64,000 nt of DNA, taken from Bilabrum cf. latius. Lineage: Eukaryota. The position numbers and the translations under genes are program-made. The notes below the pieces were generated by a model that worked only from the letters and a program-made list of their open reading frames with translations, did not search any database and was not told the origin of the DNA. Location of the stretch: NCBI GenBank assembly GCA_965178125.1, contig OZ237739.1:744001-808000 (forward strand), in the 5' to 3' direction. Below are positions 13,001 through 25,643 of this stretch, one piece after another; the first letter of the stretch is position 1, and every line of letters starts with the position of its first letter.

Positions 13001-14742
13001 AGGCAAGCACCAGCGAGACGCAGGCGGCCAGGGCAAGCAGCATTCTCACTGCGAGCCCAGCCTGCCTCTTGGTCATCCAAGCCGGCGCAAGCCAGAGACA
13101 CGAGCACACTGTCGTGTTCCAATCACACCAAGGCAAGCACCAGCGAGACTCAGGCGGCCAGGGCAAGCAGCATTCTCACTGCGAGCCCAGCCTGCCTCTT
13201 GGTCATCCAGGCCGGCGCAAGCCAGAGACACGTGCACACTGTCGTGTTCCAAGCACACCAAGGCAAGCACCAGCGAGACTCAGGCGGTCAGGGCAAGCAG
13301 CATTCTCACTGCAAACCCAGCCTGCCTCTTGGTCATCCAAGCCGGCGCAAGCCAGAGACACGAGCACACTGTCGTGTTCCAATCACACCAAGGCAAGCAC
13401 CAGCGAGACGCAGGCGGCCAGGGCAAGCAGCATTCTCACTGCGAGCCCAGCCTGCCTCTTGGTCATCCAAGCCGGCGCAAGCCAGAGACACGTGCACACC
13501 ATTGTGTCCCAAATTCGCCAAAGCAAGCACCAGCGAGACTCAGGCGGCCAGGGCAAGCAGCATCCTCACTGCGAGCCCAGCCTGCCTCTTGGTCATCCAA
13601 GCCGGCGCAAGCAAGTGACACGTGCACACCATTGTGTCCCAAATTCGCCAGAGCAAGCACCAGCGAGACTCAGGCGGCGAGGGCAAGCAGCATTCTCACT
13701 GCGAGCCCCGCCTGCTACTTGGTCATCCAAGCCGGCGCAAGCCAGAGACACGTGCACACTGTCGTGTTCCAATCACACCAAGGCAAGCACCAGCGAGACT
13801 CAGGCGGCCAGGGCAAGCAGCATTCTCACTGCGAGCCCAGCCTGCCTCTTGGTCATCCAGGCCGGCGCAAGCCAGAGACACGTGCACACTGTCGTGTTCC
13901 AAGCACACCAAGGCAAGCACCAGCGAGACTCAGGCGGTCAGGGCAAGCAGCATTCTCACTGCAAACCCAGCCTGCCTCTTGGTCATCCAAGCCGGCGCAA
14001 GCCAGAGACACGAGCACACTGTCGTGTTCCAATCACACCAAGGCAAGCACCAGCGAGACGCAGGCGGCCAGGGCAAGCAGCATTCTCACTGCGAGCCCAG
14101 CCTGCCTCTTGGTCATCCAAGCCGGCGCAAGCCAGAGACACGTGCACACCATTGTGTCCCAAATTCGCCAAAGCAAGCACCAGCGAGACTCAGGCGGCCA
14201 GGGCAAGCAGCATTCTCACTGCGAGCCCAGCCTGCCTCTTGGTCATCCAAGCCGGCGCAAGCAAGTGACACGTGCACACCATTGTGTCCCAAATTCGCCA
14301 AAGCAAGCACCAGCGAGACTCAGGCGGCGAGGGCAAGCAGCCATCGCACTGCAAGCCCAGCCTGCCTCTTGGTCATCCAGGCCGGCGCAAGCCAGAGACA
14401 CGTGCACACTATTGCCAACAAGGCAAGCACCAGCGAGACTCAGGCGGCCAGGGCAAGCAGCATTCTCACTGCAAGCCCAGCCTGCTACTTGGTCATCCAA
14501 GCCGGCGCAAGCCAGAGACACGTGCACACAATGTGTCCCAAAATCCAACAAGGCAAGCACCAGCGAGACTCAGGCGGCCAGGGCAAGCAGCATTCTTACT
14601 GCAAGCCCAGCCTGCTACTTGGTCATCCAAGCCGGCGCAAGCCAGAGACACGTGCACACTATTGTGTCCCAAAATTCAACAAGGCAAGCACCAGCGAGAC
14701 TCAGGCGGCCAGGGCAAGCAGCATTCTCACTGCGAGCCCAGC
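10065..14742. repeat. Tandem array of ~36 units of ~130 bp inside the element
   Basis: Unit GCAAGCAGCATTCTCACTGCRAGCCCAGCCTGCCTCTTGGTCATCCAAGCCGGCGCAAGCCAGAGACACGTGCACAC-[variable ~25 nt]-GCAAGCACCAGCGAGACTCAGGCGGCCAGG; copy number estimated from length/130. Confidence 0.97.
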
Positions 14743-15282
14743 ACTCTCTTGTTGATGCATTGGCTCCCGGGGCATCGAGATGCCCAGATTAGTTACGAGG
14801 CGTAGGTATAAGGTTGTTGGCCTGCTGTTTGTGCTCGACCTGCCGCCTCCTTTCTCCATTCTGTGAGAGACTGAACTCAATAATAGTTTATTTTTCGTTT
14901 GAAAGTAAGGCTGCGAGGCATCAGGTGCATAGCATGTGAGTGCCCTAAACGGTTGTGCTCAATGACCGGGCTGGACTACTTGTGCGGAGCCCGCTGGTCG
15001 GCAAGTCGCTTGGCAGCCCGCCTAGAAGTTCTTAATGTACAGTCAAGTCAATGCGATGGTCTGTTTGATGTCCATCTCGTGGGTCTTGACGGGCAGCAGG
15101 GACAGTTGGCACGTTGACAACGACTGGGGACCTCATTGGCCTGCAATCGGGCATCTTGGCGCGCCTTCTGAGCATAAAACTGTCGGATGGACCCAGTGTG
15201 CGTTTCAGTGTAGGAGCATTGCGAGGTTGTGTTCGCGTAGCAAGAGTCTTGCTGCAGCTGGGGTACACTTCACTTGGTGGCT

Positions 15283-15471
15283 TCAACTTTAGCTACAACG
15301 TCCGTTGTGCGCCTCGTGTACTAGGTATCAGTTACCTTGTGCCGTAGATTTATATCTTTTTGCGCTAGTTATTGCGCGTGCTCCCACAAGGGTGCCAGAT
15401 TCCAGGGCCACTCTCCACGGTCCGATCAAACCGGAACTCTCCGCGCGCTCCGACTCCCAATTTGAAACAGA
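15283..15471. repeat. Split direct repeat X, terminal copy (189 bp)
   Basis: Identical to 8393-8581; the minus strand contains GATATAAAT (TATA-like). Confidence 0.97.
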
Positions 15472-15567
15472 TCTGTTGCGATCGAGCAAAGAGGGGGAGT
15501 TGCTGTTTGTTGCTAGACGCAGCCACTGCCGGCTCAGGCACTATTTGGTTAGGCACGCATTCAATAA

Positions 15568-18497
15568 TCACAAGTGTATTCTAGCCTCAGGGGAGGCGCC
15601 CGCCTATGATTCAGGTGAGGCCCCGACTCCACCAGAGCTGGCCCCCTTCTTCACCGGCGTACCTCCGCTGTTTGATACCTCCTCGTCTTCCTCCTCGCTC
15701 TCCCCCTTTGATTCCGTCCCACCAACACCAGCGTCCTTTCCCGCCTGCGTAGTCCTCTTGGGCGCCCCCCCTCTGCCGCTCGCACCAGCACCTTTCCTGC
15801 CAGCAGTGGTAGTGAAGGCACTCCCAGCACTGCCAGATCCACCTCCCGCGCCGGCACTCGCGCCCTTCGCAGCCTCTTGCTCGATCTTTTGAAGTGCTTT
15901 TTCTTCCTCCTCCGCGGCCTCCCGCAGCTCGCTGAGCAGCCTCGCTTCCTGCTCCTCCATCGCATGCACGGCCTTCATGGCTTCCTCCTCCCGCCCCGCC
16001 TCCTTCTTCATCCGATCCTCGTAGGCCTTGCGCTGGGCCTCCCTCTTGGCCGCCAGCGCCGCCTCCCTTCTCTTCTGGGCCTTCTCTCGCTCTAGCCTCG
16101 CTTTCTCTGCCGCCTTCTTCCTCCGTTTGGCCTCCTTCTCGGCTGCTTTCTTGAGCAAAGCCTCGTGCTGCCGGCGCTCCGCGCGGACCCTGTCGGCGGC
16201 AGCCTTGGCTTCTTTCTCCGTCTCGCGCTCGGCCGCGCGGCACTGCTCGCGGCGCTCCTTGGCCTTCTTACGGTTTTGCTGACGGATCTTCTTGATGCTC
16301 TTGCCTTCGTCTGTCTGGCGCGCGCGACGGGTGCTGGCCTGCGCCGTGGCGGCCCGCTGTGCTCTGGCCACGGCCTCATGGTGCGCGTGCGCAAGCTCCA
16401 CGCGGCGCTTGGCACCTCCTATCTCGTGTTTGAGCCGCTGCAGGCGGTTCTCCATTAGCCTCCGCATATGCTCCGCTTCTTGGCGCCGCGCCATGGCTGC
16501 TAGCATCCCTGCTTCAGCCTGCCCCGCAGCATCCTCGCCCCCCTCAGCACCAGCCCCAGCACCAGCCCCAGCACTGCCGCCCTGTTGAGTGCCCTCGGAC
16601 CTCGATCCCGATGCTGTCGAACCGTGTCCCGCCCGACTGCTTGCACCCGCCCGGGAGCCCGCACCCGGGGCGATGTGTTCCCCAGCCGGTCCCGGGATGC
16701 TCCTCTCGTACGGGGACCGGGACGGCGGCGGCTGGAGCATTGCATGGCGATGCTATCCAGCGAACCCGTCCTCGTCCTCGTCGGCGCTGACACCGAGCGG
16801 CGTGGTGGCCGCGAAACCACCGGGCCCGCCGCGACCGCTGCTGGCACCCCCTAGGCTATGACCGCCAACGGCACTAGCCCCCGCGCTGCGAAGTCCCACG
16901 GACTGACGGAGGGGCGTCAGGGCAGAGGCGCTCAGCCCGCCCCCCCGGCTCTGAAGCTGCCGCGGCAGCAGGGTGGGCGACGTGCTGCCCATTCTGGTTC
17001 CACTGCGCGGCGACCGGCTTCTCGGCCTGCGGAAACCGGAACTACCGGACCCAGGCTGCGGGTGACCCGCGCCGCCGCGCTGGCGTCCAGACGCAGTCGT
17101 GGCGCGGTTTGCGGGGCCGCGCAATGGTTCCGCACCCCCAGACGCACTTGTTCCTTCGCTCTGTGAGACGTCTTTGTGTTCCTGTGCCTTCCTGTGCCGC
17201 AGGAAGCTCGGAATCTTGCCGAGTGGCCTCTCGCGGTCCAGTGGGGACCTGGGCTCGCTGCCGCCATGTAGCGCACCACCGTGCGATGCACCCTGGTGGT
17301 GGGGTTCTCTCGAGGGAAATGCCGCGTGAGCCGCCGCCATTGACCTCGGCTTGGGACTGGTCGCCCTCGGGGAAGGCTGCGCCTGCGGGTGTGACGAGTG
17401 AGGGCCACCCTCACGGCGACTCTTTTGTCCCCTGGGTGCCCCTGCCCGGGGACTCCTGCTCCTGTTCCTTGCCCTGGGCGAGTGCTTGGCCCCACCGCCA
17501 CTGCTGCCCGCAGGCCGCGGAGGTGCCACCACCACGGTGCGGCGTGTGACCCTCTTCCTCGACTGCTGGCTGAGGGCAAGGAAATAGGGGGAAGCAGTCA
17601 GCGGGCCCCCACCATTGCCAACACTGACACTTGTTCCGAAGCCCCCATTCGTTGCTCCTACCTTGCCCTAGGTCCAGCCATGCCTGGTGCCACCACCGGC
17701 AGATGCATCTGCTCCACTGCCGCGCTGCCCGCCGCCCGTCTCCTTCGACTCGATTGCGGCGGCGCTGTCCGCCTGTCGGTAGCTGCCACCACCACCACCA
17801 CCCTGGGATCTCGATCCAGAAATTGGGGCTCGTCGCGGCGGGGCCGACACCCGGATGGGCACCTGCTTGACGACAGCGCCCGTCTCCTGCATGATGATCG
17901 AACGAGCCATGGCGCGGGGAGACCGCTTGCCTCTTTTCCTGGCGGTTGAGCCCTTCGCCCGGCGATTGGAGGCATCGTGTGGATCTCTGCTCGCCGTCCA
18001 TTTGCTGCCAGCCTTTTCCTCTTTGGCGGCGAGGGCGATGCTGTTTCCTTCTAGGTCGTCCGCGGTGCGTCGTCCGGATTCCTTGCTACCGGAGCCTATC
18101 CGGCCGCCACTTGTTCCGGCCCCGTCGTTAATGGGTGCACTAGTTCGTGTGCCACCCTGCCGTGATTCTGGCTAGCTGGTCCAGGGCGAGAGCCTGCCGG
18201 CCGGCTCGCTCCTTGCAGAATGAGCTTCGTTCGGCTTGGCATCGCTTCCAGACCCTGCGATGTTGCACGTTACGCAGTTCAAGGCTGTGAATGAATCACT
18301 TTGCGAGAACAAGGGGAAATGAACAGATCATATGGCCCTATCTCACGGGTTGGAGCCATCTCAACACTGGGCCCAGGTGCAACTTGGGATGGCGATTTGT
18401 CGTGAGGCCGAGCCGCATGCCGGGAGCTGGCGCGCGACTGGATATCTTCCCCAAATAGATCGTCGTCAGACGACGATGCAGTTAGCTTTCTGTTCAT
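15568..18497 (-). CDS. Uncharacterised protein: long disordered N-terminus and C-terminal charged coiled coil (2 exons)
   Basis: Exon 1 18497-18347, phase-compatible GT-AG intron 18346-18255, exon 2 to TGA 15570-15568; in-frame TAG at 18172, 17668, 16753, 15604; E/K/R/A-rich coiled coil (MENRLQRLKHE...). Confidence 0.7.
18255..18346 (-). other. Spliceosomal intron (92 nt)
   Basis: GTGAGA...TCGCAG; removal joins the ATG exon in frame to the long downstream ORF. Confidence 0.7.
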
Positions 18498-18665
18498 TGA
18501 TTCGGTTGCACGGCCGTGTTATATCGCGGCGAACGGACACACGTTCGGTCGCACGCGGAAGGTTCGCTAGAGCCCTCTGGTCGCAGCGGGACAGATGGCT
18601 CCCTAACACCCACCATCCATTTTCCACTTATCGATTTATTAACCATCAATGTATTGTAGGTAACC

Positions 18666-21248
18666 ATGATTCGATAGCGTGGAGCTCTCAGGCGGAATGA
18701 AGGAAACTTGGACTCTGCTGAGCGCGATGATGCTGACGTTGTGAAACGAAGCAGGGCTAATGGTGCGGACTTCTCTACCGCTGCGCTGCTGACTTGCGTT
18801 GCGCTCGTATTCCTGGGTTTAATTGCCTTGATGCTTAGCAAAGTGGTCGAGCACGTGCGGCTAGCGTCTACCGAAGACCCGTGGAGCAAGCGAAACGCAT
18901 TCGTCGAATACAGCAGCGAACTTCGTGTTCAAAGCACTGCAAAGGAATGCGAAGCAACTTCCCTCTTTGGTGGAAAGCGAAACCTTGAAGGAATTACTGT
19001 CCAGGAGTCCAGGTCAGCCAGCGACGTGCTGCAGGGTTCTGTCTCTGGCAGTGTCCAGCTTGCGAGGCCACGCGCAAAAGGAAGCGAATCTGTGGTGGAT
19101 GCGACCGGCTTGCGCCAGCAGGACGGAGCATGGAGGCTTTGCACTTCAAGCTCTGCGGCAACCGCTGAGCTGCCACTGGGCGTATCCGGTTCTTCGGGCC
19201 GATTCTGGCTTCCGGTACCTCTCTCGGCGACGGCGAGGGCGGGCGCCAGCGCGTGCCCCCAAGACCAGGTGCCAGGGTTGCTGCTCGGACAAGACCGCAT
19301 TCCAGTGGCCGCGTGCGTGCCCCCAACATCCGGTGCCAAGCGCCTAGACGAGAACGCCCCCGAGCAAGTGCTCCGGCTGCCGCTCGTGCTCGCCTCGGCC
19401 GCGCGCACCGGCGGGTGGATGAGTCACGAGGCCGGGGCCGCCGCTGTCAGCGAGTCGGCGGTGCGGCTGCACCCGTTACCACCCCCCGGTGACTTCGGTC
19501 CAAAATTGTCCCAGGGGTTACAACCGCCTGGCATGCAGCGGGTTGGGCTGAGGCTGCGGCCCGACGCTTCCAGGCAGGCGCTCGTGGGTGAAACCTCGTG
19601 CGAATTCGGTGCCAGCTCCGTGCAGGCCCCGCAGACGGCTGGGCCTCAGGGGCTTGGCATCGGGGACCCGTGGTCAAAATGGGCTCTTGGGGGCGGCGTG
19701 ACGAACGTTCCTCCGCCCTAGGGGATCAGGAAGAACCCAGTGGGGGACTCTGGTCTCGGCGACGGCGTGTGGGTGCACAGGGCGGCGGGGCTGCTGCCGT
19801 TCGGGTGGGCGGAGGTCGAGGCGGCGGAGGAGGCGTGGGTGCAGCTGGCACTCTCAGGGGCGTTCGCTGACCTGAAATTCCGGGGCGCAATGGCCTTGAA
19901 TCCCGCTAGGGCCCTGGCTGGTCAGCTCGATCCAAGCCTGCCGAGCCCCGTTGAAGAGGCTGGGGAGTTTGCCGGTGGCGGTGTGACTGACCAGCGGCAG
20001 CTAGCTCAGCCCTCATCCGTCATTCCATCTGACGACTCGCAGCCAGCAGGAGAACCTAGCGAACGTTCGACGAGCAGGTATCCGTTCCTCCGCCTGCTGG
20101 ACGCGGTGGGTGAGGGCCTTGCCCGTGCCATCGGCCTCGCGCCTGGGCCCCCGAGCGTGGTCGAGGCGGGGTTGCTTGCCCTGGACTACATGCGGGCGGG
20201 CCCGTTGCATCTCCAGCATGTGATGTCAGGCACACAAGGAGCTGGAACAGGTCGGCATGGAGAACTACCTCGCCGGTGTGTTGTGTGGTCCTTCGGTGTC
20301 GAAGAGGACTGGTCCTTCGAGGTGTCCATGGTGGCGCAGGGATGCGCGGTGACTTCGTTCGATCCATCCATTGACAGGAGGAAAGCCGCTGCCTTCGGAC
20401 GGGCACTGGGCGTGAGGTATTTCCCTTGGGGCTTGTCAGGGGAGGAAGAGGAGGAGACGCGGTACGGAGTGCTGGGGCAGGCAGTGGACGAGGCCCTGCT
20501 CGCTGCTGGGTAGCTGGCCGGGGCCACCGGACAGGCCAGCAGACCGCAGCAGGGGCAGGCAGAAGAGAACGATCTTTAGGATCACGCACAGGGCAAGCTG
20601 TTGCAGCAGGTGCGCGGTGCCGTGCGAGCCGGCAGCGGGGTCAGCAAGAGCTCCTCGCAGTGGAGGATGAGGACACTGCCTGGACTGCTGGCCGACTCTG
20701 GCGTCGTGGGTCCCGGAGACTGGCATCTTGGAGCAGACGAGCATGGCGATGGAAAGAAAGATGGAATAAGAAAGCATGGGGAGGGCACATCGCGCAGGTT
20801 TTTGGTTGACGTGCTGAAGATCGACGTCGAATGCGCGGAATGGGCGGCACTCGAGACCTGCCTCGATGCTGGGGACGAGTGCATCGGCAGGTTCGGGCAG
20901 ATCGCTCTGGAGGTGCACAACTGCCCTGATTCCCTCGCAGCGGCAATGGACCCCAAAGTGGGGTCCAGAGGGGGCGCATCTGCTGGCGGCTCGGCCGCCC
21001 TGGCGGTCAGCGCGAGGGCGATGCAACGGCGTGCGAGCGTGCTCAGGAGGCTGCGGGAGGAGGCGGGCTTCGTGGTGGTGGCTCACCACACGAACCCGCT
21101 GGCGTATTTCGTGGACGTAGGAGCCGACGACCGCGCGCAAGGAAGCGAGGCCAAGGGCGGCGGAGGCGGCACTAGGGGGGGTTGGTCCAGGAAGTCCGGG
21201 GTCCGCAAGGAGCGCTGCTGCGGCGAGATCCTGCTCGCTCGAAGCTGA
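18666..21248 (+). CDS. Membrane-anchored SAM-dependent methyltransferase-domain protein (Methyltransf_22/METTL24-like)
   Basis: ATG 18666 (MIR*RGALRR); fragments 18708, 19740, 20601 in one frame; TAG at 18675, 19719, 20511, 20577; TGA end. N-terminal TM helix; motifs CVVWSFGVEEDWSFE..GCAVTSFDPS and VDVLKIDVECAEW. Confidence 0.75.
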
Positions 21249-21452
21249 CGAGGCGCACCAAGGGAAGTTGCTCATTTTTCGCGCCTTAGCAGGGATAGCA
21301 TTGTTGTTGTTTGCCACCATCTACATGTTGTGCATTGTCGGTACTACCTACAGTTTTGGTCGCGGTACTGCCAGGTACGGTACCGGAAGTGGCGCCTACC
21401 TGGCTCTAGCGGCAACCGAGCATTCTGGTTGACGCGCTCTCCTAGAGCAAGC

Positions 21453-21959
21453 ATGGCCGGGGCAACAGCTACGCCAGAAGCACAGTATTTCAGTACATTT
21501 AGCTCGGCGGTTGTGCCTGCGACTGCTGCCGAGGTTTGGGGAGCCGTACGAGGCTTTGACCAAGCTCACGCTTCTGCATGGCCCGGACCAGTCGTTTGCG
21601 AGCTGACCAAAGGAAAACCATCACAGGTTGGAAGCATTCGCACAATCACGCCAAGTGACGGAAGCAAAGGGTTTCGGGAGACATTGCTTCGAATCTCGGA
21701 TGAAGATCGGGTCTACGAATACGACATCTCCAACGAAGACGTGCCTTGCCTTGGTGGCTACCGCGGCAAGGTGCAAGTGATCCCCATAACAAGTGACAAT
21801 ACCTGTCTCGTGTGCTTTACGAAGTCTGGGATGTACAATCCCAGCGCTGGGGGAGACTTCGTCACCTTTTTCGCTGCGATTGCTTCGCAGGAGATGGGTG
21901 ACAACCTTCTGACTTGGTTCACGTTTCCGTGGGGATCTAAAAAGGAAAAGTCGTCATGA
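21453..21959 (+). CDS. SRPBCC / polyketide cyclase-dehydrase (MxaD-like) protein
   Basis: SAVVPATAAEVWGAVRGF...VGSIRTIT...FRETLLRISDEDRVYEY; TGA end. Confidence 0.8.
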   Translation: MAGATATPEAQYFSTFSSAVVPATAAEVWGAVRGFDQAHASAWPGPVVCELTKGKPSQVGSIRTITPSDGSKGFRETLLRISDEDRVYEYDISNEDVPCLGGYRGKVQVIPITSDNTCLVCFTKSGMYNPSAGGDFVTFFAAIASQEMGDNLLTWFTFPWGSKKEKSS

Positions 21960-22132
21960 ATAGCGGGAACCTGCGGCTGCCTGAGCAGCATGAGGGCTCC
22001 GCTCAGCGTTGTCCGGAGTTGCAGTTGGACCATGTTAAGGCTACTGCCAGTGGTAGATTTGCGATTGCTTTGAGTGTCTCGGTGGTGATAACTTGCTTGG
22101 CAAAATCCCTTTGACGCAAACATTCAATTCTT

Positions 22133-25100
22133 TCAGTTCGAATCTGCCCAAGACTGCAGCCAGTCGCAGGCGCCTCCCACCGACTGCCGGAGCGCCTCCG
22201 CCCTCGATTCCACGCTCTCCAGAGCCCTCTAGATCTCCAACTCTGCTGCTGGAAACGGATTCGCCTCGAAAAAGCTTGTCACGTCCTCTTTGAACGCATC
22301 CGTCACCCCGGCAGACGCGGTGGCGCTGACGAGGGACGAAGCCGCGAAGCCGCCGCTCCCGTACCTCTCGTTGAAGACGTCAAACTTAGCCTTGAAGAAA
22401 TCCCAGGCGAGCTCACCCCCCATAGGGTTGTTGGCCACCGAGACGATCAAACTCACGGTGTCCTGCCGCCTCACGTTGGGGTCAAGCGAATAGTCCAGGG
22501 TCTGCTGCAGAAGCTCTTTGCTCTGGGCGTACCCGAGGGCACGCAGCAGGGTGTTCTTCACCCCCGGCGAGTCCTGCTCGGCCTCGTACGCCTGCTTAAC
22601 GGAAGCATACGCCACGTCGCCGCCCCAGCGCACCACGCTGCGGGCCACGATGGGCAGGATGTCAGAATCCAGGGAAGCCCCCTCGTCCGCCCACTTCTGG
22701 GCCGCCGTGTCGCGGACCCACTGCACGCCGAAAGCGTCCGCGGCACTGAGAGCACTCGACCGCAGCAGTGGCTTCTCAGGGTCAGCGCCGCCCCCGGTAC
22801 CGGAGTCCCAGTCGAGCGCAGTGGCCAGAGGCTCGATGAGGTCCCTTGCGTACTCGTTCGCGTTGTCGACGCACGTCTGGTCCACAGTGTCCAGACCTGC
22901 CTCCACCCCGGACCGCAGCACGTCGGTGAGGCTGTACAGCCACGAGATGCTAGGCAGCCACACCTGGCGGGCCGTCTCGAGTCGCACGAACTGCAGGAAC
23001 TCGAGGGCATCCGCGAGTCCCTGTGCCGGCCCGCTGGGCGACAGGCCGGCGAAAGCAACGCTGAACGCATCATCAACCATCTGAGCCCGCTCGGGCTGCG
23101 TGAAAGGCACGTTGGACTGGGGCCCAGCACCCGTCGCATTCACCTGGTTGGCCACGATGGCGTCTCGGATGGACTGCCAGACCGGCGCGGGGTACGACAC
23201 CCGGCAGTAGGCAGAGGCGAGCCTGTTCGCGTGGATGTAGCCGTCCCTGGCCACGTCGTACTCAAACGTGATGTTCCAAGTGGGCTTGTTGAAGCCGCCC
23301 TGGGACATCATGGCGCGCCCCGCGTCGGCTGCGGAACCCGTCCCCGATGCAGTGGTGAAATCCACGGGGATGTACCACAGCTGGTCCGGGCCTGCATCCA
23401 CGTACCCCGTGGCACGCTGGTCCGGTGTCCTGGGCAGCTACGATGCAGCAAGGGACTGCTCCCTGGAGAAGGAGCTGCGGTAGAAGCGCTGCTGACGCAC
23501 TCGCATGGTCCCGCTCGTCACCACAGAGTCGTCGTTCTCGCCCCCATCGCCCTCGGCGAACTCGAACACCACAAGCGGCACGCCGGGAGCGTGCGTGAAG
23601 TTGGCCATCCGCGGCGCTAAGCTCGAGAGGCCGGCTCCCTCGAACACAGAGGCCCACATCTGGTCCGCGTTTGCGTTCTGGAAGCTGTACTTCTGGAAAT
23701 AGTTCTGCAGACCGGCGGTGAAAGCAGCCTCGCCCGCCTACAGGCCCCCTGGCGTGTGGTCGAGGATCATCTGCCGTGCCATGCGGATGATGCTGCCGCC
23801 CTTCGCATACGAGATGTCGTCGAACATCTCCTCGATCTCCGCCGCAGTGTCCACGTCGGGGCGAACGAGGGGGTGCGTGGCAGCGAAGGAGTCTGTCCTC
23901 ATGGCAGACTGCAGGTCCTGCGGCACGAACTGGTTGAATATCTTGTACTCAGGGTACGTCGCGTTGACTCCGTAGTACTCGAATAGAGTGGCGTAGCCCT
24001 CGTTGAGGAACAGGCTGCCCCACCATTCGGCGGTCACCAGGTCACCAGCCGTCTGGTGCACCAGCTCGTGAGACACCACGGTTGCCACCCGCAGCAGCTC
24101 GGCGGCGGAGGCAGAGCTCCTGTTGGCGATGAGAGCCGTCTCGCGGTACGTCACAAGGCCCCAGTTCTCCATGGCGCCGGCCGCAAAATCGGGGATGGCG
24201 ATGAGGTCCATCTTTGCCATGGGAAACGGAGTCCCGAAGAGCTTCTGGAAGTACTCTAGGCAGCCCACCGCGGCCTCCAGCGCGAACTCAAGGTCGCTCT
24301 CGGACCACGTTGGCCTGGCCAGCACCCGGACAGGGAAGGATTCGCCGCTGGGCTGGCCGTCCGGAGTCATGCGGCGCGCGGTAGATTCGACTTTGACCAC
24401 CTTTGAGGCTACGAACGCCACGAGGTAGGTGGACATGGGCACTGACTGGTCAAAGTACACGTCCCTGGTGCCATCACCGTTGTCCACCGTTCGCGCGACG
24501 GGGGTGTTGTACAGCGCCTCGACCCCCTCGGGAATGCCCCTGCCCACCATGCTGAACTTGGCCTTGAAGGTTGGCTCGTCGAAGCAGGGGAAGGCGTGCC
24601 TGGCATAGGTTGCCTCGAACTGCGTGGCGATGATGGGCTCCGTGACCTATTCGCCCTCGCCGTTGGTGTCGTTGTACTGGGCCAGGTAGAGACCGTTCAT
24701 GTTGCGGCCCAGAGGAGCGTTGAAAGACACGAACAGGGAGAGCTTGTCGCCCTTTCGAGCGAGGGAGGGCAGAGGGACGAGGGCCAGCTGGCGGTCCTCG
24801 TCGAACTCGATCGAGGTGATGCTCAGCCGGCTGGAGCGGTTCGGAGACTCCACCGGGTCAGTCCCGTTCCTCGACTCGTTCACCTGCGCACCTGTCCAGG
24901 TAAGACCAGCGGTGTGAAGCACGATGCACTGCGAGTCTTCGTCCACATTCATTCGAATGAGTACGGACCCGTGGAAGTTGAACGGAGGGGCAAAGTCTGG
25001 GGTCCAGTCGATCTCGTAGTCGGTGGGGATGACAGACAATGGAAGTCGAGGGCTAGTCCAGGAGCACTGATCGCCAGTTCTGAACCGGAAGAAGCCTACG

Positions 25101-25378
25101 ACTCCGACGGCGGCGACGAGAGCCACCGTAGCTCCCGCGCCACCCGTCCATCCCCACCTTTGCGCCGGCGTCACGCAGACACCCTGGGTAGCCCCATCAG
25201 GAACGTCACGAAATCCATCATCAGCGTAAGAGGGCTGGGCGAAGGCTCCTTCTTGGCTGCTGGCAAAGTTGCTAGAGGCATGCTCGGGCGGCAGAACCAC
25301 GGTGTCTTCGGCAGCGATATCTCCGTACATACCCTCATTCGATTCTTTCCCATCTTCACGAAGTTTAGCTCCCGACAT
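22133..25378 (-). CDS. M1 family aminopeptidase (aminopeptidase N/ERAP1-like), type II membrane anchor
   Basis: ATQFEAT.AR.AFPCFDEP, GAMENWGL, HELVHQ..NEGYA, FDDISYAKGGS and an ERAP1-like C-terminus; four in-frame TAG (24647, 23738, 23438, 22229); TGA 22135-22133. Confidence 0.93.
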
Positions 25379-25643
25379 ATCAGATGAGCGGAGACGCGGG
25401 GTGGCAGCGTCCGAACGAAAGACTAGGATTGATTTTTGGGCCCTTGCGTGGAGATCTATTTCTGCAACGAACCTCTCCGAACGTTCGTATCGTCTGAAAT
25501 GACCAAAACTACAGCACTCGATTTCTGCATCCATGCACCGGACAATTAGCAGTCCGCGCATAATTCGCACATTAAAAAGATTAAGATCCACCAGATCTGT
25601 CCAGGATGTATCTGTAAATCAAGTTTTAGCGCAATTGCAAGGC

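Larger units (their letters stand above)
8047..15471 (-). mobile_element. Putative non-autonomous split-direct-repeat (tyrosine-recombinase, Ngaro/PAT/TOC1-type) retroelement
   Basis: On the minus strand the layout is X1(15471-15283) - body - Y1(8727-8580) X2(8581-8393) - 198-bp unique - Y2(8194-8047). Both repeat pairs are identical by eye. A GA dinucleotide is shared by both ends and the internal junction; no TSD. No RT/RNase H/YR ORF recognised. Confidence 0.8.

Noticed and set aside
10065-14742. CRISPR array
   Set aside because: The constant part is ~105 bp, the variable parts are reused and mutually homologous rather than unique spacers, there are no cas genes, and the context is eukaryotic.
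8047-15471. LTR retrotransposon or DNA transposon
   Set aside because: No TG...CA LTR pair at both ends, no terminal inverted repeats and no TSD; the repeats are split and interleaved.
8047-15471. Hammerhead ribozyme (retrozyme-like)
   Set aside because: No CUGANGA...GAAA core found on either strand by eye.
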